DNA from: Parcubacteria bacterium C7867-005
Lineage (GTDB): Bacteria; Patescibacteriota; Minisyncoccia; Phycocordibacterales; Zambryskibacteraceae
Reading direction: 5' to 3'
DNA length: 64,000 nucleotides
NCBI GenBank assembly: GCA_001189165.1
Contig: LFCO01000001.1
Coordinates: forward strand, 10,987 to 74,986
The translations under genes and the position numbers were made by a program. The notes under the pieces were generated by a model. The model had not been told where the DNA came from. It ran no database searches and saw nothing but the letters and a program-made list of their open reading frames with translations. Below are positions 1 to 10,031 of the stretch, piece by piece. How positions within the stretch are numbered: position 1 is the stretch's first letter; the number at the start of each line of letters is the position of its first letter.

Positions 1-16
1 ATCTGTTATAAAAAAG

Positions 17-442
17 GTGAAAAGCCGCGGTGGCAATGGGGGTCGGGAGATAAGTACAAAGATAAATAATATGAGCGCACAAAATGAGAAAAATAACATA
101 ATGCGAGATTTGGGGGTTGTGGCTTTGAGTATTGTCATCGCCATCATTCTGGCAAAAACTGGGGCTTTGGCCGGAATTCTGACGAGCACGCAGGAGTGGA
201 CAATCTTGGGAAGCTTAGTTGCTGGAATATTTTTTGTATCTATTTTTACTGCCGCACCAGCTGGCGTAGTGCTCTTTGAACTAGCGGCCGCCAATCCAAT
301 ATGGGAAGTTGCATTGTTTGGCGGAATCGGCGCACTCATCGGCGATCTGCTTATCTTCCGCTTCATCAAAGACAGTATTTCGGCAGACATTCCAGAAGAG
401 GAGCGTATCGAAATCTCTCAAGTAGTATTTGTTTTGGAATGA
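17..442 (+). CDS. Membrane protein, possibly VTT/DedA-like and C-terminally truncated (start may be ATG 71)
   Basis: Several hydrophobic segments, GGIGALIGDLLIFRFIKD motif; ends shortly after it. Confidence 0.5.
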   Translation: MKSRGGNGGREISTKINNMSAQNEKNNIMRDLGVVALSIVIAIILAKTGALAGILTSTQEWTILGSLVAGIFFVSIFTAAPAGVVLFELAAANPIWEVALFGGIGALIGDLLIFRFIKDSISADIPEEERIEISQVVFVLE

Positions 443-842
443 GCGGGGCTTGATTGCTCAAGTTGTCTATATTTTAACGGCCCTGCATTTCATAGTCAAC
501 ACAGAAACCAGTATCATTTTTATTTCCTACAACGCAACGAGTTTACATAAAAAGCAAATGGCACACGCTTTTCAAAGTGTGTCATTCATCCGCATCACGA
601 ATCCATCCTTGTGGTGCTTGGTCATTTCAAAATCGATATCTCAAAAACAGCCCTTTTGAAACACCCCCTTTCCGTGTGCTAAGTGTGCCAATTGCGAAAA
701 GAGACCCCTATGCGGGTGCATCGTTTGGGGACTTGGAAAATCTCTCAAGAAGCCTTACACTGCTTGGTATCACCCCGTCCGAGACCTATCGGGGGCACCA
801 GAAGATCGTTGAAATACCGATATATTTTGCTATAATCCTCTG

Positions 843-1088
843 ATGAGTCCTGAAGAAAAAGAGCTTTTAAGGCGTACTCTGAAGTTATCCGAAGACAACA
901 ACAGGATACTTTTGAGGTTACAAAGCTCGGCCCGCTGGCAGGCCTTCTGGAGTCTCATCAAGATTCTTTTCATTGTGTTACCGCTCGTTGTCGGGTATAT
1001 TTTGCTCCAACCTTATTTCGGTTCAGCAAAAGACACCCTTGAACAGGCCAAATCGCTCTTAGATAGTGATCTGATATTGCCGAGATAG
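843..1088 (+). CDS. Small single-pass membrane protein
   Basis: Coiled N-terminus plus one TM segment; TATAAT at 831-836; 3' end overlaps tRNA-Phe. Confidence 0.7.
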   Translation: MSPEEKELLRRTLKLSEDNNRILLRLQSSARWQAFWSLIKILFIVLPLVVGYILLQPYFGSAKDTLEQAKSLLDSDLILPR

Positions 1089-1154
1089 CTCAGTTGGTAG
1101 AGCATTCCCCTGAAGAGGGAAGGGTCCCCAGTTCGAACCTGGGTCTCGGCACCA
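1079..1154 (+). tRNA. tRNA-Phe(GAA)
   Basis: GCCGAGA/TCTCGGC acceptor stem, anticodon loop CT-GAA-GA, GTTCGAA T loop, encoded CCA. Confidence 0.97.
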
Positions 1155-1156
1155 AT

Positions 1157-1190
1157 TAAAAAACCGTCCTAAATTTAGGACGGTTTTTTA
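1157..1190. terminator. Bidirectional intrinsic terminator
   Basis: TAAAAAACCGTCCTAA-AT-TTAGGACGGTTTTTTA between convergent genes. Confidence 0.85.
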
Positions 1191-1191
1191 A

Positions 1192-1650
1192 TTACTGGCC
1201 TTTGACTTTGAGTTTCGTTAGGCGATGTTTGTCTATCTTTGGTAAGCGGAGTATGAGTAATCCATATTTTTCTACAGCCTCTGATTCCTCGACATCTATT
1301 TCCTCAGGCAAAGGTATAACTCTGGAGAATGATCCCCAGTATAGTTCTCTATGGATATAATCATCTCCGACCAGGGTTCTGTCCTCTTCCCTTTTGCCTC
1401 TTATGGTGACTGAATCTCTGGTGATGGTCACATCGAGGTCTTCTGGTTTAACACCCGCGACCATAGTCTTGATCACGATTTCACTTGGAGTCTGATATAC
1501 ATCAACGGTGAGTTGCCCCTCCTCTTCTTCCTCAAATGCACCTAAACGTGAAGAAGTTTGGCTACTTGGTGTAGGTTCTTCTGTTATTTGTTCATCCTCT
1601 AATCTCACTGCGCCTGTTAGGCGTTCAAAAAAAGATCTTTTGTTGTGCAT
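1192..1650 (-). CDS. Hsp20/alpha-crystallin small heat shock protein
   Basis: VDVYQT..AGVKPEDLDV..ELYWGSFSR..GLLILRLPK. Confidence 0.92.
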   Translation of the reverse strand: MHNKRSFFERLTGAVRLEDEQITEEPTPSSQTSSRLGAFEEEEEGQLTVDVYQTPSEIVIKTMVAGVKPEDLDVTITRDSVTIRGKREEDRTLVGDDYIHRELYWGSFSRVIPLPEEIDVEESEAVEKYGLLILRLPKIDKHRLTKLKVKGQ

Positions 1651-1683
1651 AATGTACTTTTAGACTTTTATTATATCACGCAC

Positions 1684-2436
1684 CTAGATGGTTGTTGAAG
1701 TATTGCCGGTGGATATCGTGTCGCCACTAGCTTGGGGGGACTTGATAGTTTTTACCTTCTCAAATATAAGCAATAATATCGTTATCCCTGCCCACACTGT
1801 GCCGAAAGTGAGGAAAATCCCCACATCTTTTTGGTTGATTATAAACAGATTGAAAACCGTATGGATGATAACTGCCAAAAGGAAAGAGAAGATGCCCCAG
1901 GAGATCTTTTTAAGTTTAGTTTTGTAAAAATTTAAAGAGAGCGCTACTCCGATCGTCGCAGAAGACACTATGTGGAGCAGTGAAGCTCCAATAAATCTCA
2001 TATTGCCCGTGAGCAGGCCCTCCAGGATGTGTTCTCTGACGATCATGTCTTCCTGAAGCAGGGGGTTCATTATAAAGAGCACATTTTCAACAGCCACAAA
2101 CCCAAGTGCCACTACGATCATATACATCATTGGGTCGAGTGGCTCATTATCCTCTCTGCCTCGAATCGCCACATAATATGCTGCCAAGAATTTGAATGCT
2201 TCTTCTGAAAATGCCCAAAAGGTGAAAGCCATCACTCCCATGCCGGGAAATATTCGATCGACCAGTACTTGTACTGGTAGTACTAAAACAACTACCGCGC
2301 CACCAGCTACGAACGTTTTTATTATGAGCCCTATCGGTTCTGGGTTTTGAGCATCCTCACGTAGCCAGAACACAAGCCAAATAATTGCAGGTAGTATCCC
2401 TATAGATAGCGCCAGAAAGATAATAGAGAAATCCAT
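1684..2436 (-). CDS. PrsW-family intramembrane metalloprotease
   Basis: Multi-TM; EEAFK, GFVAVEN and HxxxN motifs. Confidence 0.88.
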   Translation of the reverse strand: MDFSIIFLALSIGILPAIIWLVFWLREDAQNPEPIGLIIKTFVAGGAVVVLVLPVQVLVDRIFPGMGVMAFTFWAFSEEAFKFLAAYYVAIRGREDNEPLDPMMYMIVVALGFVAVENVLFIMNPLLQEDMIVREHILEGLLTGNMRFIGASLLHIVSSATIGVALSLNFYKTKLKKISWGIFSFLLAVIIHTVFNLFIINQKDVGIFLTFGTVWAGITILLLIFEKVKTIKSPQASGDTISTGNTSTTI

Positions 2437-4610
2437 TAGTTTTCAAATTTGGGCCAGGACTCAACCATCAACAAGGGCCTATCCTTGGGGTGTGGCATGT
2501 TCTGCCATATTTCTTCGGTCACAAATGGCATGAATGGATGGAGCATCTTTAGGGATGTGCTTAGTATGAAATACAACTTACGCTTCGTTTCCTCATTTGC
2601 TATGTCGCCCTTACTTTCCTCTATGATTTTATCTGCAAATGTATGCCACACATAATGGTAGATTCTCTCAGAGGCATTGTGGATTCTAAAGTTATCAAGT
2701 TCATTTGTTGCTGTAGAGAATTCTTTGTACATCTCCTGTATATCTTCATCTTGGACTTCTGGTGTTTCAAATGAACTGGGTTGATTCGAGAGCACGAATC
2801 GGGTTATGTTCCAAAGCTTGTTGGCAAAATTTTTATAGCCCCGTATCTTGTCTTTGGAGATACTACTGTCTGTGCCCGCAGCTGTCCCAGATATGAGTGC
2901 CATACGACCTGCGTCTGTGCCAAACTCTTTGGCGACATCTATGGGGTCTATGCCGTTTCCCAAGCTCTTTGACATCTTTTGACCCTTGGCATCTCTGACT
3001 GTGCCGTGTAGATAGACAGTGCTGAAGGGAATTTGGCCGAGAACATATCCAGACATGAGCACCATCCGCGCCACCCAGAAAAACAAAATTTCATAACCAG
3101 TCTCAAGCAGGTTTGTTGGGTGATAATCCAGGAGGTCCTTGGTTTTATCTGGCCAACCTAAAGTTGAGAACGTCCAAAGTGCTGAAGAGAACCATGTGTC
3201 CAGAGTATCTGGATCTTGCGTCCAACCATCTTTTTCCCAAGTCTCTGATGGGGGATTTGTATCTACATGAGTTTCTCCGTCTCTATACCATACGGGTATC
3301 CTATGGCCGTACCAGATTTGTCTTGAAATACACCAGTCTCTGAGGTTGTCTATCCAGTGAAAATAAGTTTTATCAAAGTAATCTGGGATTATTTTTATCT
3401 GACCCTGGGACACAGCTTTCTGCATTATTTCTTTTAGGGTTGTTTCGGTTCCTGACTTTATCCCATTTATTTCTGAATGGGGGAGAATGAATGGTTTGTT
3501 CACTGCTACGAACCACTGAGTCATGATCTGTGGTTCTATGATCCCCCCTGTTCTCTCTGCGGTGGCTATGTTGTGGGTATAGTCTTCTGTCTTTACCAAC
3601 AAGCCTTTGGCATCCAGTTTCTCTATGATTTTCTCCCTGGCATCTTTGATCTTCATCATGGCGAATTCACCCGCGATTGGTAGTAATTTGCCGTACTGAT
3701 CGATGATTTTCTCTCTGTCCAACTTGTGTGTTTCTGCGATATCAAAATCTATTTGTGAATGAGCAGGGGTTATGGTCATCACTCCGGTGCCGAATTCCAT
3801 ATCAATCCTCTCATCTTTGATCACCGTTGCTTCGATCGGTCCATTTATCCACTCAACCATCAGTTTTTGTCCGTGGGTATATTCCTTGAACCTACTGTCT
3901 TCTGGATGCATCACTACATACTTGTCTCCGAATTTTGTTTCTGGCCGGGCTGTCCCTATAGTGAATGGCCCATATTTGAGATAATAAAATTTGGTTTTTT
4001 CTTCTACATAGACAACCTCATCGTCTGCGATTGTTGTCTGGCCCTTGGTGTCCCAGTTGACCATCCTCTCTCCACGATAAATTAACCCATCCTCATACAT
4101 CTTCTTGAAGACCGTTTTAACTGCCAAGTTTCTTTTTTCATCTAAGGTAAAGGCTTCTCTGCCCCAGTCACAGCTTGCGCCCATCACTTTTATTTGGGAG
4201 ACGATAGTGTCGTGGCTTTGCTTTGCAAAACTGTCGATCCTTTTTAGGAGTTCTTCACGTCCGATATCGTGCCTGCTTTTCTTTTCTTCTTTTTGAATCT
4301 CTTTCTCGACTTTGGATTGGGTGGCTATGGCCGCATGATCAGTCCCTGGAAGCCACAGGGTGCGTTTGCCGAGCATTCGGTTATACCTTACGAAGATATC
4401 TTCTACGGTGAGCATTAGTGCGTGCCCCATATGTAAAACCCCAGTCACGTTTGGTGGAGGCATGATAACCGTGTAGGTTGGGGCATCCTCTCTTGTAAAC
4501 CCTGATTCTATGGCTTTATTGGGGTTGAAAAATCCACCTTCTTCCCACAGAGAATAGATCCTTGCTTCGGTTTCAGTCGGATTATATGGCTTAAGAAACC
4601 TCTCATTCAT
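2436..4610 (-). CDS. valS: Valine--tRNA ligase (short form)
   Basis: PPPNVTG, HMGH, DWCISRQ, DTWFSS, KMSKS. Confidence 0.97.
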   Translation of the reverse strand: MNERFLKPYNPTETEARIYSLWEEGGFFNPNKAIESGFTREDAPTYTVIMPPPNVTGVLHMGHALMLTVEDIFVRYNRMLGKRTLWLPGTDHAAIATQSKVEKEIQKEEKKSRHDIGREELLKRIDSFAKQSHDTIVSQIKVMGASCDWGREAFTLDEKRNLAVKTVFKKMYEDGLIYRGERMVNWDTKGQTTIADDEVVYVEEKTKFYYLKYGPFTIGTARPETKFGDKYVVMHPEDSRFKEYTHGQKLMVEWINGPIEATVIKDERIDMEFGTGVMTITPAHSQIDFDIAETHKLDREKIIDQYGKLLPIAGEFAMMKIKDAREKIIEKLDAKGLLVKTEDYTHNIATAERTGGIIEPQIMTQWFVAVNKPFILPHSEINGIKSGTETTLKEIMQKAVSQGQIKIIPDYFDKTYFHWIDNLRDWCISRQIWYGHRIPVWYRDGETHVDTNPPSETWEKDGWTQDPDTLDTWFSSALWTFSTLGWPDKTKDLLDYHPTNLLETGYEILFFWVARMVLMSGYVLGQIPFSTVYLHGTVRDAKGQKMSKSLGNGIDPIDVAKEFGTDAGRMALISGTAAGTDSSISKDKIRGYKNFANKLWNITRFVLSNQPSSFETPEVQDEDIQEMYKEFSTATNELDNFRIHNASERIYHYVWHTFADKIIEESKGDIANEETKRKLYFILSTSLKMLHPFMPFVTEEIWQNMPHPKDRPLLMVESWPKFEN

Positions 4611-4887
4611 GTATTTCTATATTAACACAAGATATTTGGTGATAATTTGTGTTTGTATAGGACAAAATTTACACAGCCGATGCTCTGTTTCTGAGTAAAA
4701 AACAGAACCAGCGAACAGCCCTTATTCTATAGACATTTTTATCAGAATTAAAAATCCATTTAAGAGCATCTTCACCATAAAGGACAAATATGTATTATGT
4801 GTTGATAACAAAGGGTATTATTGCAGTTCTAGATACAAGCGCAACTATTGACAATTTTCTAAAAAAACGTAGGGTAGTGATGCCTGT

Positions 4888-7116
4888 ATGATAAAAGCTT
4901 TGAGACAAAAAACTCTCGTCAAAATCACCACATTTTATATGTTGGTGGCCTTATCTTTAGGAAGTTTCCCCTTTGATGTGTTCGCCGATACCCCTACGAT
5001 CACACTCCTTGCGAATGGACAGAGTTCTCTGACCCTATCTGGTCCAACCGAATCCTTTACGATCACCCTAAGCACTGCGAATCCTGCAGATATTTGTACT
5101 CAAACATCTCCTATAAATTCAGGAATTTCTTCCTCTTCTAGTGAAAACATAGATCCAAGTCATCCATTTTATCCACCTGCTGGTGGCAGTACCACCTTTT
5201 CTGTCACCTGTGATGATGGGGCCGGACTCACTGCTTCTGCGAGTGTCACCGTCTCTCTGCCACCAGCACCGGCTCCACTACCCACAGTAGACCTGACCGT
5301 AAATGGCTCAAATGGACCTGTCACCCTTAACTCTGGAGACACCTATACATATTCTTGGAATTCAACAAACTCCACCTCCTGTGAACAGACTTCACCGGCC
5401 ACTTCCGGCATTGCTCTTTCAGGATCTAGTGCAACGATCGATTCCAGTAATCCTTTCTATCCATCAACCACCACTCCGGTAACTCTCACCATGACCTGTA
5501 CAGATGGCACTAACACAGCGAGCGACTCTGTGACAGTAAACCTCTCAAGCGGAGGAGGCTCTACGCCGACTTCTCCTACAATAGACCTGACCGTAAATGG
5601 CTCAAATGGACCCGTTGTTTTGAGCACCGGCAACACCTATACATATTCATGGAATTCATCTAACGCTACGTCCTGCCGAGAGACCTCTCCACTGTTCTCT
5701 GGAACCTCTCTATTTGGTACCAGTGCGGTTATAGATTCAAGCCACCCTTTCTATCCTTCTGTGGGTTCACCCGTCACCATCACTATCGAATGTACTGACG
5801 GAGCTGTTACTGTAAGTGACTCTGTCGTGGTTAGCCTCTCAAGCGGAGGTGGAAATCCAAATCCAACCACTCCTACTGTGGATATCAAGGCGAATGGTTC
5901 TGACGGTCCGGTCACCCTCAATTCTGGTGATACCTATACATATTCTTGGACATCGGCTAATGCTACTTCTTGTTTACAGACAGCTCCTATAAATGCGGGT
6001 GTTTCTGCTACAGGTACAAGTGCGGTTATAGACTCAAACAATACTGATCTTTATCCATTGGTAAACGCACCAGTCACCCTCACTATCACCTGTACAGATG
6101 GCACTAACACAGCGAGCGACTCTGTGACAGTAAACCTCTCAAGCGGAGGAGGGAATCCAAGTACCCCACCAGGGGATGATGACGACAATGGTGGTGGAGG
6201 AGGGGGAGGCAGACGCAGGTCAACACCCCCTGCGACAGACACACGCTCTTGCTTGTGGTTAAGGGATTATATGAGGATTGATTTTCAGAACGACCAGATA
6301 GAGGTTATGAAGCTCCAGACTTTCCTAAAGGACATGATGGGTTACAGTGGAGTCACCGTCACTGGTACCTTCGATCAGGGAACATTTGATGCTGTATCCG
6401 CTTTCCAGATGCAATATGAGGCAGATATCCTCACTCCATGGGGTCACACAGCTCCAACAGGTTATGTTTATATACTAACCCTCAAGAAGGTTAATGAGAT
6501 TTTCTGCCAGAGAGCCTTCCCTATAACAGACTCACAAGAATTAGAGATAATCGCCTTCAGAGCTCTGCTCCAGAGTCTCAGGGATAGGGGATTTGAGGTC
6601 GGAAATACGCCTGACGGCACGGTCCTCACGCCTCCAGAGGGAGCAACAACCACTCCGCCGGAGATACCGACCGTCGGTCAAGGACAAAATTTACGGAATC
6701 TGGCCTCAGCCATATTCACACTCCCAACAGATCTGGGCGACTTCATGCAGTGCCTATACGAGTGGTTACTCATAGTAATTGTCCTTTATATCTTGGGAAG
6801 TGTCCTTAAAGATGTCCTTTATAAGGATCTCCCAGAGAATAGTCGAAAGAGATTCTTTGTGAAGTGGATAACAATATTAGCTGGCCTCGTCATCTCTATC
6901 GTATTGGCTCTCATATTTGGCGAGCTATGTATTATCTTCCCACTCGCCCTGTCATTCCTAGTGGCACTTATGTGGATTCTCACCAGCAAGAATCATGACT
7001 CGATCAGAGTCTCAGTCAAATCTTGGTACATCGTCCTCATGGCAAGATCTAAGTCTTTCTTCAATAAGGCAAACAGACCAAAGGAGATAGAAGCACCAAA
7101 GATTCCTAAAAACTAA
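4888..7116 (+). CDS. Surface protein: signal peptide, four Ser/Thr-rich Cys-paired Ig-like repeats, putative peptidoglycan-binding domain, C-terminal TM helices
   Basis: Repeats PTVDLTVNGSNGPVTL..YSW..C..C; LQTFL..TGTFDQGTFDAVSAFQ resembles PG_binding_1. Confidence 0.75.
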   Translation: MIKALRQKTLVKITTFYMLVALSLGSFPFDVFADTPTITLLANGQSSLTLSGPTESFTITLSTANPADICTQTSPINSGISSSSSENIDPSHPFYPPAGGSTTFSVTCDDGAGLTASASVTVSLPPAPAPLPTVDLTVNGSNGPVTLNSGDTYTYSWNSTNSTSCEQTSPATSGIALSGSSATIDSSNPFYPSTTTPVTLTMTCTDGTNTASDSVTVNLSSGGGSTPTSPTIDLTVNGSNGPVVLSTGNTYTYSWNSSNATSCRETSPLFSGTSLFGTSAVIDSSHPFYPSVGSPVTITIECTDGAVTVSDSVVVSLSSGGGNPNPTTPTVDIKANGSDGPVTLNSGDTYTYSWTSANATSCLQTAPINAGVSATGTSAVIDSNNTDLYPLVNAPVTLTITCTDGTNTASDSVTVNLSSGGGNPSTPPGDDDDNGGGGGGGRRRSTPPATDTRSCLWLRDYMRIDFQNDQIEVMKLQTFLKDMMGYSGVTVTGTFDQGTFDAVSAFQMQYEADILTPWGHTAPTGYVYILTLKKVNEIFCQRAFPITDSQELEIIAFRALLQSLRDRGFEVGNTPDGTVLTPPEGATTTPPEIPTVGQGQNLRNLASAIFTLPTDLGDFMQCLYEWLLIVIVLYILGSVLKDVLYKDLPENSRKRFFVKWITILAGLVISIVLALIFGELCIIFPLALSFLVALMWILTSKNHDSIRVSVKSWYIVLMARSKSFFNKANRPKEIEAPKIPKN
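5494..6152 (+). repeat. 65-bp identical intragenic direct repeat (5494-5558 = 6088-6152)
   Basis: ACCTGTACAGATGGCACTAAC...CTCAAGCGGAGGAGG occurs twice. Confidence 0.9.
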
Positions 7117-8272
7117 GATTTCCGTTCGCCTTTAGCCGTTCTGGATTACCTGTGGATAACTTGTTGATTACTTTACCGCCAGAAATCTGGATATAGGCTG
7201 AAATACCTATCATCACTGCATTGTCTGTTGTCAAGGATTTCTCTGGTAGAAGTAGGTCGAGCCCAGAGAATTTGTCCGCGAGCTTGTGTAGCTCTCTTTG
7301 TAGATGGATGTTTTGAGATACTCCACCAGCGACAATCAGAGTTTTAGTATCGTATTTTTCTAAGGCTTGTTCGGTTTTGCTAATAAGTACTTCTACGGCC
7401 GAGTCCTCGAATTCATGAGACATCTCTTCTCGGATGTTTTCATTCACACCAGTTTCTTTTAATTTATATAAAACAGAAGTTTTCAGTCCAGAAAAAGAAA
7501 AGTCCAGATCTTTTGAATTGATCATCGGACGGGGTAAGGAAAAGGTTGGGACGAGGTTCTTGGATCGATGAAGTTCTGCAAGGGCAGAGACCTTTGGTCC
7601 GCCTGGATAAGGGAGGTCCAGTAAGCGAGCGACCTTGTCGAAAGCTTCGCCTACTGCATCATCTCTGGTCTTGCCTACGATCTTATATTCACCAAAGTTT
7701 TTGATATATACGAGTTCGGTGTGTCCTCCGGAAACAAGCAATGCAAGGGCGGGGAATACGAGTTTTTCTTTCAGATTAAGTAATGGGGAATAGATGTGAC
7801 CCTCCATATGATTCACTGGGTATACGGGCAGATCCCACAAAACTCCGAGTGCTTCTGCAAAGACTATACCTACCCACAATGCTGGTTCGAGCCCGGGACC
7901 AGTGGTTACTGCGATAGAGTCTATGTTTGGTTTATCTATCTCTAATATTTCTTTGGAGAACAATTTATATAGATCAGGCTCTTTGGTCAGGATTTTCTCT
8001 ATTTTCTCGATCATCTCTTGTGTTGGTTTTAAGCCGTATTTGGATTCGCCAAAGGCTTGTCTGAGGGTGGTGAGAAGAATGGGGACGAGGTTCTTGGCAT
8101 GTTCCCTGCGAGCGAGATTTGGATAGACCCCACCGAATTCTTTGTGGAGGTCTATCTGAGAGACAAGGGTGTTGCCAAGCACCTTGAATTCAGGGGATTT
8201 TAGCCCTCCTTCGGCCTCAAGTATGGCTATGGCTGTCTCATCACAGCTAGTTTCTATGGCTAAAATTTTCAT
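7106..8272 (-). CDS. tsaD: tRNA N6-adenosine threonylcarbamoyltransferase
   Basis: IETSCDET, HMEGH, LVSGGHT, DDAVGEAFDK, DNAVMIG. Confidence 0.97.
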   Translation of the reverse strand: MKILAIETSCDETAIAILEAEGGLKSPEFKVLGNTLVSQIDLHKEFGGVYPNLARREHAKNLVPILLTTLRQAFGESKYGLKPTQEMIEKIEKILTKEPDLYKLFSKEILEIDKPNIDSIAVTTGPGLEPALWVGIVFAEALGVLWDLPVYPVNHMEGHIYSPLLNLKEKLVFPALALLVSGGHTELVYIKNFGEYKIVGKTRDDAVGEAFDKVARLLDLPYPGGPKVSALAELHRSKNLVPTFSLPRPMINSKDLDFSFSGLKTSVLYKLKETGVNENIREEMSHEFEDSAVEVLISKTEQALEKYDTKTLIVAGGVSQNIHLQRELHKLADKFSGLDLLLPEKSLTTDNAVMIGISAYIQISGGKVINKLSTGNPERLKANGNLSF

Positions 8273-8364
8273 TTGGCAATTATAGCTTATTTGTTGTATT
8301 AAATTTTTGAATTCATATAAAAGCGAAGCCCCCTTTCCAACCGAAGTTGAATTGGGGGCATGGT

Positions 8365-8562
8365 CTAGGTGTCGCTATTTTCTTCGAGTTCGAGCATATA
8401 GCAGACGCAGTTCTGTTCGAGCTGATCGCATTTGTCACAGACATATGCGCCTGGGTCTAGCCTGATAGCACAATTGCGACAAATTGGTTCGCTGCCGATC
8501 CAGCCGTGCTTCGTCGTGGAATTAATTTCCTTCTCGCAGATATCGCAGATCACCTTAGACAT
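8365..8562 (-). CDS. Small Cys-rich zinc-finger protein
   Basis: Three CxxC plus CxC in 65 aa; SD AAGGAG upstream. Confidence 0.7.
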   Translation of the reverse strand: MSKVICDICEKEINSTTKHGWIGSEPICRNCAIRLDPGAYVCDKCDQLEQNCVCYMLELEENSDT

Positions 8563-8716
8563 TACATCTCCTTGTGGGGGTTAGCCTACAAAGAGTTCTC
8601 GCATCCGCTTGCTCCCGAAGGAGGGGTGAAGGAGGCGAAACCTTACTTGCCCTGTATCCCTGATTACCCGTAGGGGATTACAAGTCGACTTTCGTCATTC
8701 AGGTCTTCTACACGCA

Positions 8717-8745
8717 ATATTAGCACATTTAAATCCTTATGTCAA
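8717..8745 (-). promoter_or_regulatory. Sigma70 promoter of the zinc-finger unit
   Basis: TTGACA-17-TAATAT with TG extension on the minus strand. Confidence 0.7.
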
Positions 8746-9313
8746 GTCTGATGGTTTTAAACCATTCGTAGGCTTCCAACTCTAATTGATTTAGAAATGC
8801 AGTCTTGGCTTCTCTGTATGCGGGATAATCATTTGGATAAAGTTCTACGTTTCTCTGCTTCAAGTCAGAGTAATCTCTGGCTTTTTCTGGATGAGTTCTT
8901 AGGTAATCCCTCATGATAATAAACTGACGAGCTTTAGCCGACTCTATTTCACAGACATGAATATTTTCTAGCTTTTCACCATCAGGACCTAATTTAAAGA
9001 AAAGAAGAGTGTTGGGTGCTATATAGTTTTCTCCCCATTCGTATCCGGCTTCAACTATAGCCTGTTTCTCTTTGTCAAAAGCTTCCACTTTCTCTACAGC
9101 CACTAAAACATCTATCAGTGGTTTTGCTTTCATCCCTTCAATCGAAGTACTCCCAACATGCTCGATTTTTGTTGCTTTATTTCCAAATATATTTGTAAGG
9201 AAGTTTTCGATAGAAGAAAATTGAGCTTTCCAATTTGGATCGTATTCTGAAAACGAATATTTTCTCTTTATATTTTTATCAAGTTCTTTCATGTGACGAA
9301 TATAATTATACAA
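8729..9313 (-). CDS. GrpB/UPF0157 nucleotidyltransferase-like protein
   Basis: IEHVGSTSI..AKPLIDV, RDYLRTHP, Y.EAK motifs. Confidence 0.88.
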   Translation of the reverse strand: MYNYIRHMKELDKNIKRKYSFSEYDPNWKAQFSSIENFLTNIFGNKATKIEHVGSTSIEGMKAKPLIDVLVAVEKVEAFDKEKQAIVEAGYEWGENYIAPNTLLFFKLGPDGEKLENIHVCEIESAKARQFIIMRDYLRTHPEKARDYSDLKQRNVELYPNDYPAYREAKTAFLNQLELEAYEWFKTIRLDIRI

Positions 9314-9407
9314 AATTAGAAGAGTGTTTGTGGGTATTTAACTTTTTTTCAAATATAAACAATGAACCCGCCTCCGACAGAGACGGGTGTCTTGTCGGGG
9401 CGGGCGG

Positions 9408-9731
9408 CTATTCATGCTTGAAGCAGATGGGGATATCGTCGTCGCGGAGGGCTCGGGCGATCGCGAGTCTTGCCCTGGGTACATTTGAGGCAAACACTCG
9501 CAGTTCTTGTACGGAGCGAGACTGACGAACCTTGAGGATTATGCCTCCTGCAAAGTCGCCAATCTTGACCTTCCGCATACCACCGGCGACGCCCTTGCCC
9601 TGCTGGATCAGACCCGGAGAGACTCCATCGACCTCAGCCAGTTTGCAGATGATGTCGGTGACATCAGCTGCAAGATCAGTGAAGGTGGTGTGAGTGCCAC
9701 GGATCTTCTTTCCATCTCGATGGTGTGGCAT
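9408..9731 (-). CDS. DUF2103-like protein (GC-rich unit)
   Basis: KIRGTHTT N-terminus, SPGLI, SVQELRV; promoter TTGACT-17-TATTGT at 9768-9796. Confidence 0.7.
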   Translation of the reverse strand: MPHHRDGKKIRGTHTTFTDLAADVTDIICKLAEVDGVSPGLIQQGKGVAGGMRKVKIGDFAGGIILKVRQSRSVQELRVFASNVPRARLAIARALRDDDIPICFKHE

Positions 9732-9801
9732 CGGTCACCTGGTTATGGAGTGGGGGTTCTACCTATAACAATAGCATGTTATCATAACAAAGTCAAATCT
9801 G

Positions 9802-9873
9802 TGACCCTACCGGGAGTCGAACCCGGCTTTAAAGCTTGAAAAGCTTTCGTCCTAACCGATAGACGATAGGGCC
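9802..9873 (-). tRNA. tRNA-Glu(TTC)
   Basis: Cloverleaf on minus strand, anticodon arm AAAGC-TT-TTC-AA-GCTTT. Confidence 0.95.
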
Positions 9874-9944
9874 ATAAATGCCGAAATATAGTAACATTTT
9901 TGGCCAAAAAGGCAAAAAATGCTATAGTCCACCGAGGTTTGTAT

Positions 9945-10031
9945 GGAAGAGTGGCTGAGTGGTTGAAGGCACCGGTTTCGAAAACCGGCAGGCTCGTAAG
10001 GGTCTCGAGAGTTCAAATCTCTCCTCTTCCG
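9945..10031 (+). tRNA. tRNA-Ser(CGA)
   Basis: GGAAGAG/CTCTTCC stem, anticodon TT-CGA-AA, long variable arm. Confidence 0.96.

Noticed and set aside
429-843. ORFs 429..659 and 577..843
   Set aside because: Non-ATG starts, mutual overlap, no recognisable motifs
4888-7116. Diversity-generating retroelement TR/VR pair in the surface protein
   Set aside because: Repeats are identical or generally diverged, not adenine-specific, and no reverse transcriptase is in the window
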